From the NCBI GenBank assembly GCA_017861285.1, contig JAGFXO010000001.1:115-64114 (forward strand): DNA of 64,000 nt, read 5' to 3'. A program made the translations under genes and the position numbers. Shown here piece by piece: positions 61,888 through 64,000 of this stretch (the stretch's first letter is position 1; each line of letters begins with the position of its first letter). The notes below the pieces were generated by a model. That model did not search any database and had not been told where the DNA came from. It worked only from the letters and a program-made list of their open reading frames with translations. Origin of the DNA: Geobacteraceae bacterium. Lineage in GTDB: Bacteria > Desulfobacterota > Desulfuromonadia > Geobacterales > Geobacteraceae.

Positions 61888-63093
61888 TTAAAACCTCGGT
61901 CCCATGGCCCCGCCCATGCCGCTCTGTTTTTTCCTGGGAAGAATCTGCTCCGTAACAACCTCGTCGCTCTGCCGCAATTTCCCGTCCGTGATTTCAACGA
62001 AAGAATCGTCGCTTATGCCTGTCTTTACCGGCACCGGCTCCGGTTTGCCATCTTTGAGGATGTATACCTGTTGCCCAAACCCACCACTGTTGGGACGCCG
62101 TACATTTGAGGAGGGCTGCTGCTCCTTTTCTTCTCCAGTTGTTTTAGGTTTGAATCTCAAGGCCGCACTGGGCACTTTCAGCACGGAATCTTTTTTCATT
62201 ACCTCGATATTGACATTGGCCGTCATGCCGGGCTTAAGCTTCAAATCCCTATTGTCGACAGCAATGATTACGTTATAGGTAACCACGTTCGAGGTGATGG
62301 TTGGAGAATTCCTGATCTGTACTACCTGACCGGTGAAACTCGACTCAGGATAGGCATCCACCGTGAAAGCCGCATTCTGTCCTACCCGGATTTTTCCGAT
62401 ATCGGCCTCGTCCACGCTGGTGTCGATCTGCATTTTTGTCAAGTCCTGGGCAATGGTAAACAGGGTAGGTGTCTGGAATGAGGCGGCAACAGTCTGCCCA
62501 ACGTCCACATTGCGGGAAACGACGATTCCGTCAACGGGGGACCTGATCGTGGAATAGCGCAGATTCGTCGATGCCTGCCCATATGAGCCGCGAGTCTGGG
62601 CAACGCTTCCCTCGGCGGCTTTCACAGCCGCAAGGCTTTGTTCGTATTTCGTTTCCGCAGAATCGTAATCGGCCTGGGAGACTACCCCTTCCTTCAGAAG
62701 TTGCCGGTTCCTGTCAAGGGTCCTTCGTGCATCCGTCACGTCCGCCCTTGCATTTCGAAGATTCGCCTGGGCGTTCCGGTAATTCCCGAGGGTCTGTTCT
62801 ACCTGGGAGTTGAAAATTGCCGGATCAATCTGGGCAATGGTCTGGCCTTTTTTCACCGTTGAGTTAAAGTCCACGAAAAGTTTCTGTATCGTCCCGGAAA
62901 CCTGGGTACCGACCTGGACGGTAACCACCGCATTCAGATTGCCGGTAGCCGTCACCGTAGACACGACTGTCCCCTTTTCAACCTGTGCCGTTCTATAAAC
63001 CGGTGCGGGGGACCTCTTGACGTAAAAAAATATGATGGACGCCGCAAGCAGCATGACAACGGCGGTAATGATGAGCCATTTTTTCATATGCAT
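61888..63093 (-). CDS. MacA/HlyD-family periplasmic adaptor
   Basis: 401 aa with an N-terminal TM and a coiled coil. Its stop abuts the ATPase start. Confidence 0.9.
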   Translation of the reverse strand: MHMKKWLIITAVVMLLAASIIFFYVKRSPAPVYRTAQVEKGTVVSTVTATGNLNAVVTVQVGTQVSGTIQKLFVDFNSTVKKGQTIAQIDPAIFNSQVEQTLGNYRNAQANLRNARADVTDARRTLDRNRQLLKEGVVSQADYDSAETKYEQSLAAVKAAEGSVAQTRGSYGQASTNLRYSTIRSPVDGIVVSRNVDVGQTVAASFQTPTLFTIAQDLTKMQIDTSVDEADIGKIRVGQNAAFTVDAYPESSFTGQVVQIRNSPTITSNVVTYNVIIAVDNRDLKLKPGMTANVNIEVMKKDSVLKVPSAALRFKPKTTGEEKEQQPSSNVRRPNSGGFGQQVYILKDGKPEPVPVKTGISDDSFVEITDGKLRQSDEVVTEQILPRKKQSGMGGAMGPRF

Positions 63094-63395
63094 CCCCTGG
63101 AAAATAAAAAAAACGACTGGTCCTTGCAGACCGGATAGGACTTCTATTGATTAACGTTTCGAAGCCTTTTCGGTTTACATCGTCAATCAGCCACACGCAA
63201 TTTGTCAAGGCAATTTTTCCTTGCGGAAAGCAGAAGGGGTTTGAATTAACAATTAATAGCAGGTATTATGAAAAGAAATATTTTGAACTTCCAGGAATTG
63301 ACAACTAGAGGCATTTCTTCATGAGCCATGACACATAATACAGGGGTATGGTGGCCTGCGGCTATATAAAATATTATACAGGATGGTTTTCTCAT

Positions 63396-64000
63396 ATGAC
63401 CTCACGCAGATTCGTAATACCCGACATTCACGGTTGTGCGTTGACTTTTCGCGCACTGGTGGAGAATGTAATCAGGTTGCAACCCGAGGATTCCCTCTAT
63501 CTTCTCGGCGATTACATTGACCGCGGGCCACGAAGCCGGGAACTCCTCGATTCAATTCTGGATCTGCGCAAGCATGGATTTCACGTTGAAGCACTGCGTG
63601 GCAACCATGAGGAAATGCTGCTCAACGCGGATGATTCCCTGATGACTTTCCGGCTCTGGATAATAAACGGCGGGCACGCAACCCTGGACAGTTTCGAGGT
63701 CGAAAGGGCAGGCGAAATTCCCTCACGCTATCTGGATTTTTTGAAAAACCTCAGATATTTCATAGAACTTGAAGATTTCGTTCTGGTCCACGCATGCCTT
63801 GACTTTCAAAATGAGAATCCTTTTTCCGACAGGGAAACCATGCTCTGGGCGCGGTATTGTGACGTGGACATCTCGCGTATCGGCAACAGAAGGCTGATTA
63901 CCGGTCACACTCCGGTACCCCGTGAAGCGCTGTTAAAAGGCCTTGAAGCCGAAAGAATACTGCTCGACAACGGCTGTGTATACAAAGGAGCCCCCGGACT
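63396..64000 (+). CDS. Ser/Thr-type metallophosphoesterase (ApaH/PrpE-like), 3' end off window
   Basis: Manual translation from the ATG at 63396: MTSRRFVIPDIHGC...GDYIDRGP...RGNHE. The frame stays open to the window end, which is why it is not in the ORF track. Confidence 0.8.
   Translation, partial: MTSRRFVIPDIHGCALTFRALVENVIRLQPEDSLYLLGDYIDRGPRSRELLDSILDLRKHGFHVEALRGNHEEMLLNADDSLMTFRLWIINGGHATLDSFEVERAGEIPSRYLDFLKNLRYFIELEDFVLVHACLDFQNENPFSDRETMLWARYCDVDISRIGNRRLITGHTPVPREALLKGLEAERILLDNGCVYKGAPG

Overview
Densely coding chromosomal window with about 60 genes, mostly on the minus strand. Gene content suggests an anaerobic Desulfobacterota (deltaproteobacterial-type) genome; this is inference from the N-type ATPase operon, an apparent UGA-selenocysteine gene, sigma-54 and two-component regulators, and a eukaryote-type citrate synthase. 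Gene order along the window:
(1) 5' end of an N-type ATPase operon, atpD-C-Q-R-B-E, running off the window.
(2) An arsenic cluster: arsR, a Cys-rich zinc-ribbon gene, arsC, acr3, a 70-codon AhpD-like gene with an in-frame TGA, and a radical SAM/SPASM gene.
(3) cysM-like gene, pyruvate carboxylase, a PPIase, an SPFH/NfeD pair, an NtrC-type activator, UDG and coaBC.
(4) A response-regulator/kinase/USP cluster.
(5) rodZ, pilW-like, pfkB, mtnP, rlmN and ndk.
(6) Citrate synthase, an M24 peptidase and an acyl-CoA ligase.
(7) A complete Pho unit, phoBR-pstSCAB-phoU, with recognisable Pho boxes.
(8) bioF-bioH-bioC-pgsA.
(9) A roughly 9.5 kb tandem pair of MacAB-like ABC efflux modules sharing one TolC gene, interrupted by a four-helix-bundle gene remnant flanked by short repeats.
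I found no rRNA, tRNA, CRISPR array, transposase, integrase or recognisable defence system. The most notable observations are the unannotated selenoprotein candidate coupled to a radical SAM/SPASM gene inside the ars operon, and an N-ATPase a-subunit that lacks the RLFGN stator-arginine segment. All functional calls rest on motif recognition by eye; no searches were run.
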